Positions 40,601-52,638 of a stretch of DNA of 64,000 bases are shown here, piece by piece. The notes under the pieces were generated by a model. That model saw nothing but the letters and a program-made list of their open reading frames with translations, was not told the DNA's origin and ran no database searches. Within the stretch, counting starts at the first letter, position 1; every line of letters starts with the position of its first letter. The DNA is from Antedon mediterranea (lineage: Eukaryota; Animalia; Echinodermata), in NCBI RefSeq assembly GCF_964355755.1, contig NC_092671.1, forward strand, positions 16,554,001 to 16,618,000. The letters are read 5' to 3'. Made by a program: the position numbers and the translations under genes.

Positions 40601-43600
40601 GCAATACATTCGACTTTAAACAACGCATAGACTACATAAGAAGTAAAAAGATAATAATGTCGAGAAGCAGTCATGCATTCGTGATAAGTAGAATGGACGC
40701 TGACCTTAACAGAAACTATGAAAACGTGACATTGAAATCATTGAATCGTTTACACCACGATTCCTAACGACCGTCAGAGAGAGAGAACGGTTTCATTTGC
40801 CATGGATGTAGGCCAGTTAAGACAAATGTAGTGCAATAAATACGGCCGTTAATTGGTTGGTCAACTGTCTGGGTGCGATGGATTCACTAACATCGTAAGA
40901 TAATATGTATGTTAGGTAATTGCGAATATAAAATGTAGATCCCTTTACCTTGTAATGGAATATTGTATGTTACAGTAGGTGATTGTAAAAACATATAGTA
41001 TGTAATTATTTTTATTTTTTTTTTAAACTGGATCTCTTGCCTAATAAAAGAATATGCATTGTGAAAATGAAAAACAAAGATGGATTGGCTGAATAGCAAG
41101 AGACTAAAGGTGGCTGAATTAATACAGTAGCAAGGGAATAAAGGTGATGATAGCAAAAAAACAAAATATCTTGCCAAATGTATGTAATTATTGATATACA
41201 AGTGTTAATCCATGTTTATCCAGCAAAAGAATTTGAATACAAATTTAATGACAACTGCAACACAGTTTACAAGTGATAATCAAGGGATACAGTAACCTAC
41301 TTTCAATTGCAATGTAGGTTTACCAGAATAAATATCATCATGTTCACTTGTTTTTATCAAAATAATTCTAGGTTTTCTTTCAAAACATTTTCTCTCTTCA
41401 AATGCATCATTTTTTTGTCAGTAAGTTCATACTTAAATGGTGGTGTAATGAAAAGGGTGAAATATTTTCATAAAGGATTTTTGTAAATTGATATTTTATA
41501 TAGACTTTAAATAGGTCATGCGAACTAACAATAAGCCACTCCAAAGTTTAGCCTATTTCCTAGTTAAAAAACACACCTGTCAATCAAAGGTACTGTAAGG
41601 TGTGTCTATGTTTTTTGGTCAATGCATGGAGAAATAAGTTCTTATTTCTCCATGGTCAATGTGATGACATCTTTTCAAACTGCCCTTTAAACATGTATTG
41701 ATTGTTCTCTGCTTAAAGTATTGGGCGTGGCTACCACACCCATGAATAATTAAAATTGATAAGGTTCATTCTAATTGACCTACTTCAATTGAAACCATTT
41801 ATTTATTCACTTCCAATGTAACTGTGGTGCATTATACTTTTTTTAAGCAGGAAAGATATGAAGACAATGCTATTGAATAAAAAGGCAACATTTATGCAAG
41901 ATATCAACAGGTTTTCACTACTAAATCTGGTCTGTACTATGTTTTTTTAAGCAGGGCAGGTATGAAGACAATGCTATTGAGTATTAAATGCAACATCTCA
42001 ATGCAAGATGTAAACAGGTTTGCACTACGATATCTAGCCTTACAATTTACATTCAGTGGATGGGTTAAACCTATCCAACCCTGATAAAAGGGTCTGGTGG
42101 AGCTTTATCATTACATTATCTATCCTTAGATCCGATAAAGTCACTAGTACATACTCACTGTACAGTAATGTACTACACAGAAGCAATGAAATAAAATTAT
42201 TGTGCTAATGCAAGCTGGAAATATCACATTTCAGCTGTGGTAATCGCACATGATTTATATATTCAATCTAAGAAACACACAAAGCTGACGATTTTTCATT
42301 GAGGAAATTAAATTGTACTGAATCATTGAAAATTGAGAGGAAAAATAAAGTGACTGATTTATCCTGGTTCTGACCTATATAATTCATGACACAATTTTAT
42401 ATAAGTTTCATATTTGTTGTTTAATATAATTAAAATCAGACTTGACGTAATTTTACGGAAATCGGACAATAACCACCCGGACAATACCCACCCATTATGG
42501 ACTGGTGTATAACAATGTTATGCATTGGCATAGGGTTTTTTATCAATCTCTATAATAATAGAATGAGATTACATTTGTTACTTCCTATTATATGCCTTTG
42601 AATTCTTTGAAAATTTAACCCAGTAGGGTGTTTGCAGTATAAAAGTTAAATACCTTTCTTATTCTTGCAGTTTTAAAAAAGTTATGTAGTTTTTAAACAT
42701 GATTTCACTTATAAAAAGACAAAATAAACGGTTTTAAAAATGTAACCGAAAAGTAACTGTCTGTTTGTTTCTAAATACTGATTTTATTTTTTTATAATAC
42801 AAGAGAATACAGTATATTATAGAAAAGCAATAAAAGTGGGATGGACACATAAGACAAAAAAAAACACCATTTTCTGACAGACAATCTGACCATTTTTTAC
42901 TTTAAATTACAGTTTTTTCAGGTAAATAATTTCCCCGATCCAATTTTTAGTCAAAGCCAATAACTAATATGTGAGATTAAAAATAGCATTTGACAATACT
43001 GTACAGTATATCTTTAATCTACAGACAAACTAAGCAATACAAGTTAATGATGCTATATTAAGCTATCTGCAATAAAGGGCATCTTTATCTGATTCTGTGC
43101 ACACACCTTAATTATGTTTATTCTCAGAAATGAGTGCGCGAAAGCGGCCAACTCAAGGAAATAAATCAATCAGATTTGCTTGTGTCATTATTCACAATTA
43201 GGTGTTCCAATAACGACAGATTTCCTTTCTATTTTTGTACAATGCACATTTTTTTTATTATCCGGTTTAATATTACCTTTAATACAATGAGTAATTTATG
43301 TCAATATTGTACATCAAGTACAATATGAATGTCAGTTTGTGACACTATTCTATTTGAATGTTTAACTTATTAATTTATATTATCTCTTCCAATTTACTTA
43401 ATATTTACAAGAATTCAATTCAATATGTTTTATCGTTCTGTCACACTAAATCTCATATAATTTTCATTTAATACCAGGAAATTTTGAGCACTTTGTGAAA
43501 TTACAGATAAATTTAGTTTTTAAAAAATAACTACTACACTGTCTAAAATAATAAAGTACTGGGCCAAATGAACATAACGTTAGTATTTTTATTTGTTATT

Positions 43601-46336
43601 GTATAAAATTCACTTCAATCATCTGTACTGTACTGTAAACAAAACATAAATGAGACAAAAATAATTAGGAAAATTTTGATTACTAGCCTTAACTAGACTT
43701 TAATGTATTCATTTCAATAACAACATATTTTATGATTATTGATCATTTAAAATCAAAAGGTGTGTGTTAAATAAAATCATAGTTAAACAGATGGTATGTT
43801 GTTGTTTTCATTTTGGATTGCTTCCTTTTCAAACATAAGGAGTTGGTTTCCAAAGAAATGTAGACTATGACCTTTGAACTACATTACCTCAATCTGACAA
43901 TAATAAAGTTGAGAGTCTATTACCAGGCATCATATAGAAGAGTGACCTAGATTTTCTTAATAACATATCTACATAATTTCTTGGTTCTTCAATGTTTGAC
44001 CAGCATAATTAATGATGGTTTTCTTTATGATGCTTCTCTTCAAGAAATATCTGGGTACTACCATCAGCAATAAATCGTTCAAACTAAATGTCATATATTT
44101 TGCATTGTAATTTTAGGGGAGGGCTTTAGGCTTTTCGCTGGGACCTCCATTGGATCTGCCTATGTTAAAAGTACTTTTAATTGTAATACCTGACACAGTG
44201 ACAGGGAATATGTATACAGTACTAGTGTATAATAAGTACTCTAGCACAAAATATTATGACGCAATAGATTGTAAAAAGCATACAGTAAAGTAAGTACAAA
44301 AACAATTTGCCAAAATGTATTGATGGAAGCTACAGTACATGTACATATTATTATTATTATTATTATATTATTACTTGTATAGCGCACATTTATACAACAT
44401 TTAATTATAATCAGCGGCGCTTCACATCAATTAGTATCGTAACATTCTTTGAAATATAGTGCTTTTAAATGTTTTTTAAACTGATTATAGTCGTAGTAGT
44501 GTTTAATGTGACTTGGTAATCTGTTCCAAATTTTGGGTCCTGCTACGGCGAACGAACGGTCAGCAAATTAAACCATTATTGTTTGTGAGCATGTGTTCTA
44601 TTGATTCTTATATAGTAAAAGGTGAATCATAGAGCAATCAAATAAAGTTTGGTAGTAGTACCGTCCAATATTGGGTATCTTCACTAGATTTACTACTTTA
44701 ATCTTTAGAATTAAAACTAAATTTCAAAAAGAAGATGCAGACATCCTTAGATTAAATATTTCCCCTTTTTATCCTACTCATTGGCTTGACCAATTTACTT
44801 GTGGTCACTTTCAAACCACAAGTCCAATTTAGTTATTTAGGCCACATCAAGGACACATCGATCTTGGACTTATAAACTTGTTTTACAGCCAAATACTATT
44901 AACAATTTATTTTTATTTACTAATGCCATCAATATAAAGACTTTTTGATAAAACTCTGTCTATACTATTTGACAAAAAAAAGTCTGATGTGCCCAAATAT
45001 GGTAGTGATATGACATCACCATGTCCATATATGGGCACATCACATTTTTTGTCACATAAAATTTAAAAAATAAATAAACTTTCCCCATATTTCTTTTCGT
45101 ATTGCAAACATCTTTTATTGTGATTAGCTTCTGTAACTATAGGAGTTTCTTCTATGCTGTAACTATGCAGTGCTTTTGTTTTCATTAATCAATTGTTTTA
45201 TAGTTTTTATTTTTAATCAATAAAATAATATTTTAAAATTTTACTCCAGCCTCAATTTGTATTTGTTCAATTTAAATTTGTTTATGTTATATAAAATATA
45301 CATGTGTTAAACAGCAATTTTGTACAAAATCCCATTAGTGAGAACAGATTAAACGAAGGCTTATATTCAATTCACACTATTGTTGGACAAGAGCAGTGTT
45401 TGTTTCAGTGTAAACCTACTGTCAACTAAACACACTAGAGTTCAGGTGAAGCCTATGGCCAGGTTATTAGCCAACGAGTATCATATGAATAATTCAACGA
45501 GCAAGAAGAAGAGTCGCATCGATCGCTGGTTTATACTAACTCGTTTATCAATTGTGTGAGAAATCATAGTTACACGATTGTCCTGTGAGAATCAATCCAT
45601 CACAGGGATGGATCCATGGCAAAAAGTGGGAAGCAAACACATGCTCCAGGATCCGCCCTTTGTTTTTAATACCGTGAAATTGATTAAAAAATGTTAAAAC
45701 TCACTGGTCAAACAGTGATTATGAATTGTATCAACAAATCATTACATTACAGTAGTATTATAAAGATGTGATGATGTTAATACTGTATATTATGTTGTAT
45801 ACTGTGATAAAAATAATAATAATTGGTATTACTGTATAGCTCTTAATATAATGTTTCTAAGTCCTTTACACACAAAATGATCCATCAAATCCTAAAATAA
45901 TCAAAAAAGGAAGAAAAGTAGAGGAACAATTTACACCGATCAGTGTAACTGTGTAGTATAGTATGTAGAAAAGACAGATACAGTAGCATAGACAACACAC
46001 ACTAGGAAAGGCATATACAAATCTTAAGCCTTCAAAATGGATGAAGGGGAAAGTGATAATAGTATAGAAACCAAACCAGTTTCCACAAAGGAGGAAAAAT
46101 CATCATGAGCTATTCTGGTTAGGCCTACTGTATTTAGTGGCACTCTATTGTTTGAAAAGGGCACTTTGGGAAAACAATATCAGAAGAAATTAACAAAGAG
46201 AAGAGGGACAATACACACAAGGAGAAAGATACACCAAGCTTACCTTGCAACCTTCACACGTGTGAACACCATAATGAAACCCAGAAGCTTTGTCACTGCA
46301 AACCTTACATAAAATGTTCATATCTGCTATAACAAT
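11698..46336 (-). CDS. Nuclear receptor, Rev-erb/E75 (NR1D)-like; spliced gene span with 7 identifiable coding exons, about 600 aa
   Basis: Exons join in frame at GT-AG sites (93+139+1025+120+127+111+191 = 1806 nt). C4 zinc fingers with P-box CEGCKG, C-terminal extension [12 protein letters not shown], and an LBD resembling Rev-erb that ends without AF-2. Exact orthology needs a phylogeny. Confidence 0.9.
12313..12423 (-). CDS. Nuclear receptor LBD exon (helices 7-8)
   Basis: TTTAG| ... |GTAAG, phase 1-1. (G)[36 protein letters not shown] resembles Rev-erb AMFDFSEKLNSLALTEEE. Confidence 0.92.
13211..13337 (-). CDS. Nuclear receptor LBD exon (helices 4-6)
   Basis: TTTCTAG| ... |GTATGT, phase 0-1. 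[42 protein letters not shown]. Confidence 0.92.
15942..16146. repeat. Local direct duplication, about 75 bp, period about 126
   Basis: CAATATTGTACAAAAAATA...ACTATACAGTTAGGTGAAATTAAA at 15942 and 16068. Confidence 0.75.
16829..16980. mobile_element. hAT-type MITE, 152 bp
   Basis: TIR CAGTGGCATA / TATGCCACTG with a perfect 8-bp TSD CATAGAAC (16821-16828, 16981-16988). Confidence 0.9.
17033..17152 (-). CDS. Nuclear receptor LBD exon (helix 3, signature motif)
   Basis: GTATAG| ... |GTAATT, phase 0-0. [40 protein letters not shown] fits the F[AS]KxIPG[FY]xxLxxxDQ signature. Confidence 0.92.
17331..17624 (+). mobile_element. tRNA-derived SINE with CORE-like body and L2-type tail
   Basis: A-box-like TGGCGCAGTG, B box GGTTCGAATCC (17374-17384), body CTCTCCACCCAGGTGTATAAATGGGTACC, 3' GCGCTATATAAG and a (TAT)n tail. 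Confidence 0.85.
18742..19326 (+). mobile_element. Helentron/HINE (DINE-1-like) non-autonomous rolling-circle element
   Basis: Sub-terminal IR TACCTCCGCC / GGCGGAGGTA, 5' hairpin CCTCC..GGAGG, (GTTT)n microsatellite, 3' hairpin CACTC-TTG-GAGTG followed by CTAGTT. Confidence 0.75.
20417..21441 (-). CDS. Nuclear receptor large exon (C-terminal extension, long hinge, LBD helix 1 region)
   Basis: TTTTCGCAG| at 21442-21443, |GTATAT at 20416. 1025 nt open, (A)[14 protein letters not shown]...PKHPAVK. The phase fits both neighbouring exons. Confidence 0.92.
23233..23256. other. 24-bp palindrome with a near-perfect 7-bp flanking duplication (P-superfamily footprint-like)
   Basis: TACATAC-CATAGAGATATTATTATCTCTATG-TTCATAC. 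Confidence 0.55.
23992..24130 (+). mobile_element. 3' end of a CR1/L2-group LINE
   Basis: Stem CTGGTGGG...CCCACCAG, then AATAAA and a (CAAA)n tail. Confidence 0.5.
24446..25307. mobile_element. PIF/Harbinger internal-deletion derivative
   Basis: TIR GGCCCTGTTTCTGCTGCCAA / TTGGCAGCAGAAACGGGGCC, TSD TTA, sub-terminal ATATACCGTA repeats and a Myb/SANT-like ORF fragment. Confidence 0.9.
24794..24985 (-). pseudogene. Truncated Myb/SANT-like (trihelix) DNA-binding ORF of a Harbinger transposon
   Basis: [42 protein letters not shown] has the W..EE.....LWGE...L....R...IY..IS pattern and lies inside the Harbinger TIRs. Confidence 0.75.
25471..25657 (-). mobile_element. L2 LINE 3' fragment
   Basis: Minus strand translates [17 protein letters not shown] (L2 ORF2 C-terminal motif), then GCGCTATATAAAT and a (TGAT)n tail. 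Confidence 0.85.
26237..26696. mobile_element. Tc1/mariner-type MITE with 6 x 18-bp repeats, interrupted by a LINE 3' end
   Basis: TA-CAGTAGAGCCTC left end. GTGTCCCCTTAATAGGGT x6 at 26567-26670. GAGGAGCCTA...TAGGCTCCTC stem with an (AAATG)n tail at 26365-26470. A related copy lies at about 38205-38340. Confidence 0.65.
27683..27863. repeat. Local direct duplication, about 60 bp
   Basis: ATAGAATCGGCCATATTTGTTTACTG...AATATTGTTA occurs twice, near 27684 and 27800. Confidence 0.8.
29390..29460 (+). mobile_element. tRNA-derived repeat head (SINE or tRNA pseudogene)
   Basis: A box TGGTCTAATGG and B box GGTTCGAATC, but no clean cloverleaf. Confidence 0.6.
29669..29807 (-). CDS. Nuclear receptor second zinc-finger exon
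   Basis: TTTTTCAG| ... |GTAAAG, phase 0-1. [46 protein letters not shown]. Confidence 0.96.
30353..30777. repeat. Minisatellite, 60-62 bp x 7, near-identical
   Basis: AAAAAACTCGGACTGGGCACACACACCCCAAAGCATGTGTGGGAAAAGAGAGTCTATG in head-to-tail copies with no spacers. Confidence 0.95.
32905..32940 (+). ncRNA. Degenerate minimal hammerhead motif (Penelope-like)
   Basis: CTGATGA-T-GAGAA-TAGT-TTCTC-GAAAC-AT-GTC with palindromic ACATGT. Stem I pairs poorly. Confidence 0.45.
37602..37646. repeat. (TA)n microsatellite
   Basis: About 22 TA units. Confidence 0.95.
41625..41654. other. 30-bp palindrome with a perfect 7-bp TSD (P-superfamily footprint-like)
   Basis: GTCAATG-CATGGAGAAATAAG-TT-CTTATTTCTCCATG-GTCAATG. 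Confidence 0.7.
41838..42040. repeat. Diverged tandem duplication, about 104 bp x 2
   Basis: TTTTTTTAAGCAGG...ATGAAGACAATGCTATTGA...GCAAGAT...ACAGGTTT occurs twice. Confidence 0.8.
43868..43885 (-). promoter_or_regulatory. DR1 nuclear-receptor element with AT-rich 5' extension
   Basis: Minus strand AATGT-AGTTCA-A-AGGTCA. A perfect RORE lies about 60 bp away (43943-43953). Confidence 0.55.
44347..44567 (-). mobile_element. L2 LINE 3' fragment
   Basis: Minus strand translates [22 protein letters not shown]...FKKHLK, then GCGCTATACAAG and a (TAA)n tail. Confidence 0.85.
44951..45063. mobile_element. Decayed copy of the MITE at 1227-1375
   Basis: Shares GATGTGCCCAAATATGGTAGTGATATGACAT...ATATGGGCACATCACATTTTTTGTCACATAAA. 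Confidence 0.8.
46244..46336 (-). CDS. Nuclear receptor first zinc-finger exon
   Basis: TTTTTCAG| ... |[37 protein letters not shown], with an in-frame ATG at 46319-46321. Confidence 0.96.
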
Positions 46337-49300
46337 CTGAAAAATAAAATAAAATTATGCATTTAAAAAAAAATGTATTCAATGTAGTTAAATGACTAAT
46401 GTAATAGTTGATTAAAAGTTGCAAAATATGGGAGTATAGTGTTCTTGGTAACATACAGTTACCATCCATATGTAATAAATTATTATATTACATATTCCTG
46501 ACAACTACAATTCAAACTGCACAGAACCATTGTCAAATACCAAAGTGACATACTGTAGGAAACATTCTCTCAAAACATACAGCATCTATGATGAGATACT
46601 ACTGTATAGTCATACTCACTTGTGGCAACTAGCTCTGACCACTCCAAAAACAAACCCAACATGTAAAACTTAGTAATAATAGTGGTTTAATTATCCAAGT
46701 TGCTCATGTTTAATAATCAATCCTCCCTCCCTTCCTCTTTAAATGATCTGTCCATTCTGATTGGTTAAGTTCATATTAACATGATAGTCTCATTTAAATC
46801 TCTAGTACTGTACTCGAGTTCACCAACAGTTCGAAAATCGTTTACTTTAACTGCGAGACGGTCGGTAACGAGACATTGCAAGAGAGATTGTTGCATGTTA
46901 TTGATTGATGACAATCTGGTAAAATTCTGATGAATTCAAGATATGTATTATAGGAATTGATAACCTCAATCAAAGAAACTCTGATACAGGAAATGAATCG
47001 AAATGCCCATGAAATTTCCCCTGCTTATCTGGACAGCGCAAAATCTAACTTAATGCGACATAACCATTAAAGTTTTAAATGGATTCGGAAATCGGTTCTC
47101 CAGGGTAAGAGACATAGAGATTGCCCTCTGACACAAGATGAAGTTTTAGCCACGTATAAATATTTGATCCAATAAAAAATGGCCAACAAATTACTCTGCA
47201 CATGAAATAATCACTCAAATGGCATTTCATAATAGACTACAACTGTAAAACACAAATTATTAACATAATGTCAATGCTACTGCACGACATAATGGATTCA
47301 GACAAAACCGTGAACTTTAAACCTCTTATTCTATTCCTTGTTTGATACTATTAATAAAAAACAGTTCAGTTATCACTGTAAACTGTCACGAAGTGAAAGT
47401 TTATTCAAAACTCTTTCCTACGCCACAGCCAAAAAAATATATATTTTTAATTTTTTACAGCTTCATTTATAGTTCAATGTTGATGCCGTAATATTAATAA
47501 TGAGTTTCTATCAAGAAATGTTTAATCATTTGTAATGAAATGAGATAAAACATGTTTGGAAATCCCCAGCCACTGTGTAAAAAATTGTAGGTAGGACTGA
47601 AACAAAAACAAAACATATTCAGATTAATAACTACATTTCTTATCCTGTAAAGTTGATTAAACTCGCCTCCTGGCAAAATTAAAAACGTGACCCCTAGCAT
47701 TAACAACGAATAATTAACTATTTCTGAGCAACACTATTGAACTCATATAAAAAGATATAAATATTTACATTAACTCATACAGTAGCTGTGTAAAAGTAAT
47801 ATAAAACAACATACGGTAACAATATTCTAAAATCGTCATAAAAAAAACCAACTACAGACTCTAAACAATCATAAGTATAAGAATGCTACTTTCATTTTTT
47901 GGTTTAACAGAGGAGACGTCATTCAATGTCGTGCTAAAAAAAATTATTTAATAATTGAAAACATGAACATTTATTTTAAAATTCATTGCAGTTAATAGAT
48001 AGTGGCAATTCTAACATAATCTATAATATATATTGCAATTCTGCATTTCTCTCCATTTCTGACAGGTTATGAAATTTCATCATGTTTTTACTGACTTCAA
48101 TATAATTATTGTTTCCGTAAGTTTATTTTATTTATTTATTTCCTTTTATTGCATCAAGTAAACAGTGATGGAGTTGACATAAATATTTTAAAAAAATTAT
48201 TAAAGTAAAAAAAAACAAACAAAAAAACATAGTTTGTGAGACTACGGTATATAATACAGTAGCTTCATAATTTAACATCATAATAGGGCATTATTGGTGT
48301 TTCTGGCGCTAGCCGACTACTGTATGGATGTTTACAAGCCCGTAGCCAGGGGTGCCCTTTTCAAACTAGAAACAAGCAGACTCAGGAGATTTTAGAGGTC
48401 TAAAAAGTAAAGTGCAGTGTTCTGTTGGACGCAAAATGAAAGTTTACAGAAGAAAATGGTGTTAATTACCTAATGCTATACAGTTCAGTAGCATTAAGTG
48501 GCTATTATAGCCTGGAATTAGAACACTATTATATACTGCAGAAGGAATTTGCTGGTACAATTGATAAAGACTGACTATATTTTTGTAGCAGTGCCAACAT
48601 GTACTACTAGCAAGAACATTCTGGAATACTGTAAAAGTTCAATATGCTATGTTTAATAATTCAAGGTACTGGAGGCCTACTGTACAGTAGGCCTACTGTA
48701 CAGTACTGTATATAAAACCCCTTTTTTCAGATTTGCAATTGGATGGATGAAAAAGTTGTTTTATATTTTTACCTATTACTAAATATAAAATATAACCATT
48801 TAATTTAAAAAAGCATTTTGTTGCATTGACTGAGTTTCTAAATTAAATACTATAGTAAGTTGGAACAAAATTGGATACTGAGGCCCATATACTTGAAAAC
48901 AAAGGGTGATAAACAGATGAACTTTATATAATAAATGTAAACTAAAATTATGTTGCCAACTGAGACACATGGTTTAAGATTGTCTGAATGATAGTGAAAA
49001 GGATAAAAACTGTTTTTACAATAAATCCCCCATTACGAAGAATTCGCTGCTGTGGAACACTTTGCTCGTGTAATATTATTATTTACTTTACATATTGATC
49101 ACATGACAATATACAGCAAAAGTGTAATATTGACAGCATTATGAAGTCTGATTTCATTTGGAGAACTTGATAGTGTATTTGCTGGAAGGTTAGAAAAAGC
49201 AGTGTGGAATGTAGGTCAGATGAAAGAGCTTCTAGTAACCAAGTAACTAGTGAAATTGACACAGCATATATACTAACTGTATACCACTACAGTATATTAT

Positions 49301-52300
49301 TTTATTATCTATTATACAATGTACCCTTTATTCTAGAATAAACAATCATTAAAATACAACAAAGGGAAGGGGGAAATGTACAGTATTTATGTAATCTTAA
49401 ATGTACAATATTCACTACGAGAATAAACCTTTTATTCGTTATTTATATTACATATTCCTTTAGGGTAAATATGTGTCAAGAAATATGAACTGAAATCAGC
49501 TCTGGTATAGAGGGGCCAGCACTAAAAAGCCAGGGTAATTTCCCCACTCTTTTAAAGGTATAAATTCATCATAGATTTGTTTATTTTCCTATAACTAGTA
49601 GTAGTGAGAAATTGATGTATTATTATAAAGTCATTATTTAAATTGTATGAACAAAAATGTTTATATTTTAATATGTATGTCTACAATAGATGACAAGTAC
49701 AGTATTTGTATAGTTGTAAGGTTTGTATAGTTGTAAGGTTTGTATAGTTGTAAGGTTAGTATGTACTTTGAATTAATACAGAAAACAAGCATATAATTAC
49801 TAACCCATCACATAAAGACACATGCACATCTGTGTTTATTAACTAGAATACAAAATAATCAACTTGGGTTTTTCATTTAAATCAGATTTTGAGTATAGAT
49901 TATCAGCGAATCTCCAGTGTATGTCCGATATATTATTAACCTTAATTTTCCGAAACTAGGTCAAGTTATAATCTCAATTTTGAAACCATACGGGACACAA
50001 CCACTACTTAAAAGTTTCTGCAAACTTTGCTTCGTAGAATACAATATGGACACTGTACGGCTAATAGTAATAAACATAATTTAATTACTGTGTGCAAATA
50101 TTAAATGATTAAGGTAAAGAATTGTTTGCAATGTACTGGTAACACTGCAGCATGTCATGAAATCAGCCAATCAGAGCCTGTGGAATCCTATTGTGAAGTT
50201 ATCCACTTGTACTGATGGCCGTAAAGACTTTTAGCACTCAATCGCAACCTGTATTTAACATGGGCCAGATGTTCATATTTGCGACAATGGGTGTCGCAAT
50301 TTGCTATCTGTACACTACAGTACAACTGGTCAAAATGTGATGTTTGTAGGAATACTGTAAACTCATTGAGCAACTCAGTAAAAATATAAATAATAAAGAT
50401 AGGTCTGAATAATTCATACTTTTCCTTAGGAACTACTGTATATACACATATATGAAATATTCTCTCTGTACTTATTTTCTATTGAAAAACTACAAAGAAC
50501 ATAACATTGGTTTCCTTTGGTACTGTTGAACCATGTTGAACCTTAATTTTCTAAAGCCTAGTTTGGTTGTCATTGTGTAATAACTAATTGGTGGTTTGCT
50601 GATAGAGAACAAATGAAAATGTTTTTTATTGGATGATTTTTTTATTGGTAAGAAAATGCACGTTTGTAAAAATATAGTGTTCAAACTATTCTTTTCTTCT
50701 TAATAGAAACGGGGCCCTTCAGTACTACATGCAATGTAATCAGTGGTGTAAGATTAATTTCAAGCTAATGTGGCTTTCAACTTTGTTTTAAGTGACCTAG
50801 ATTCTCTGTACAGTACGTTAGCTTGTTGAATTATTAAATGCATATACTTCATTGTACTGTACTATATGATATTCTGTACAGGATGACCTACAAAAGTACA
50901 AACCTTTATTATTAGTATATTACAACATTGATACCACTAATTACATTGTTAAAGTTTCACATGTTAATTTCAATGGGTTATTTGATGAGATTAGATTTGT
51001 ATCTTTTACTTTCATATCATCTTTGGATTTGCATGACACTTAGTAAGTGTATTGTTTTCTATTGTTATAAAAGATAAAGAAAGTAGATTTTTTTTAAATA
51101 TACAGTAAAAAATATTGCTCAGTTCTTCCGGAAAACCAGCTCAAATGTAGGTTGGGTCCGCCAGGCCCGGAACAATTATTGATGCTAAATGAACTTTTGG
51201 ATGGATCTACAGACAGACAAAAAAAAAATATAAATCTATTAATAAGCGTGTTGTCAGTGTCACTAATATACAAGTGCCTGTATACCACCTCCTTTCTTAT
51301 ATAAAAAAGTCCGGATGAGAAACATTTATTTTTTATTACTTATTTTTACCAGCTATTCTGGTCTGTACAAACTGTTTAGAATAACCATACTGAAAACAAT
51401 TCCTATATCAAAACAGATAAAGAAAATAGTTTTATCATATCCGACAATATACTACTAATGTAGAGAACTGTGTTTGTAAGTTAACAGAAACCATGGATAT
51501 TTCAAATTCTACAAAATCTACAAATTTAACATAATATTTCTGGGCAGTACACCGGAAGACGATTCCCTTCTCCTTTTAAAAAATGTACTGCATTTTTTAA
51601 CGTCAATAGCTTAACGTCTCATCTGAAAGACGGTGCACTATTCCGACTGCCATACGGAGAGCGATGATGGGATCTGCATCATTATGGACCAAACAAAACC
51701 TATGTTCTTTTACAGTTCACCTCACAACACAGTGAATTTTAGGGAGTTTAGCCGACTGCTCTTTTAATTTAAATGTGTAAAAAAGTGTACAAATATTATG
51801 AAAAACAAACAACTTAATAATTATACTGGTACACAAAGAGGGAAATATCATAGTTTATGTTAAAGAGGTTAGAAATTTCCATGTTGTGCCAAGGTAGTAA
51901 ATCAATCTAATGGCTACCATAGATAGTAGTCCAAGCAAGCAATGGTTCACTTGTATATAGACTGACCTAGATTACAAGCTATTTGAATGATAGCGTTTTA
52001 TGAAAAGCAATTTATAGGCTAAATAGCTAGCTAGCTATTTCATTACAAAAACTTATGTAATATTAATAAATACTGTACTGTATTATTAATAATATTATGC
52101 ATGGTCTTCACTTTAATATTGGCATACAGTACAATATAAATAATGAGTCTTTACTCTAACTAAACAACACAACAATACACTATGATTAAGGGGCTAAATC
52201 TTAAAATTAAAAGTACCTGTTATTTTGTTAAACAATTGCTAATATCAACAATTGTACAGGTTTATTTGTACAACATGGTCAAAATAATTTTATAGTACAT

Positions 52301-52620
52301 ACAGTACCTTACGCTTTACAGCCAGTTCCAAAGGATACGCAACAATCTCACAGCTGAGCCAGTGCTTGGATTAGAGACGTAGTGTATTGCACAAAAGACA
52401 AGACCCAATTGTCATATTAAGTTCCACTTTTTCAAACAATTTTCAAACTATTTTACACAATACAATCTTAGAGAGTTTTTACAAGGAAGTCCGAGTAGAC
52501 AAGACCCAATTATACTTGTACTAAGACCCACTTTGTGAAAAGCACAGACCTACTTGTAAAGCGATCGATTGCCCTTGTGTTTATATCACCATTCTCTCAT
52601 TAATTCAGTTCACGCTTCAA

Positions 52621-52638
52621 TGACCCCTGACCCACTTT
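52621..52638 (-). promoter_or_regulatory. RORE-extended DR1 element
   Basis: Minus strand AAAGT-GGGTCA-G-GGGTCA, about 35 bp upstream of TATAAA (52580-52585). Confidence 0.6.

Noticed and set aside
11698-46336. Calling the gene PPAR
   Set aside because: Only the D-box length is PPAR-like. The missing AF-2 and the helix 3, 7 and 11 sequences match Rev-erb/E75 better, so no symbol is given without a tree.
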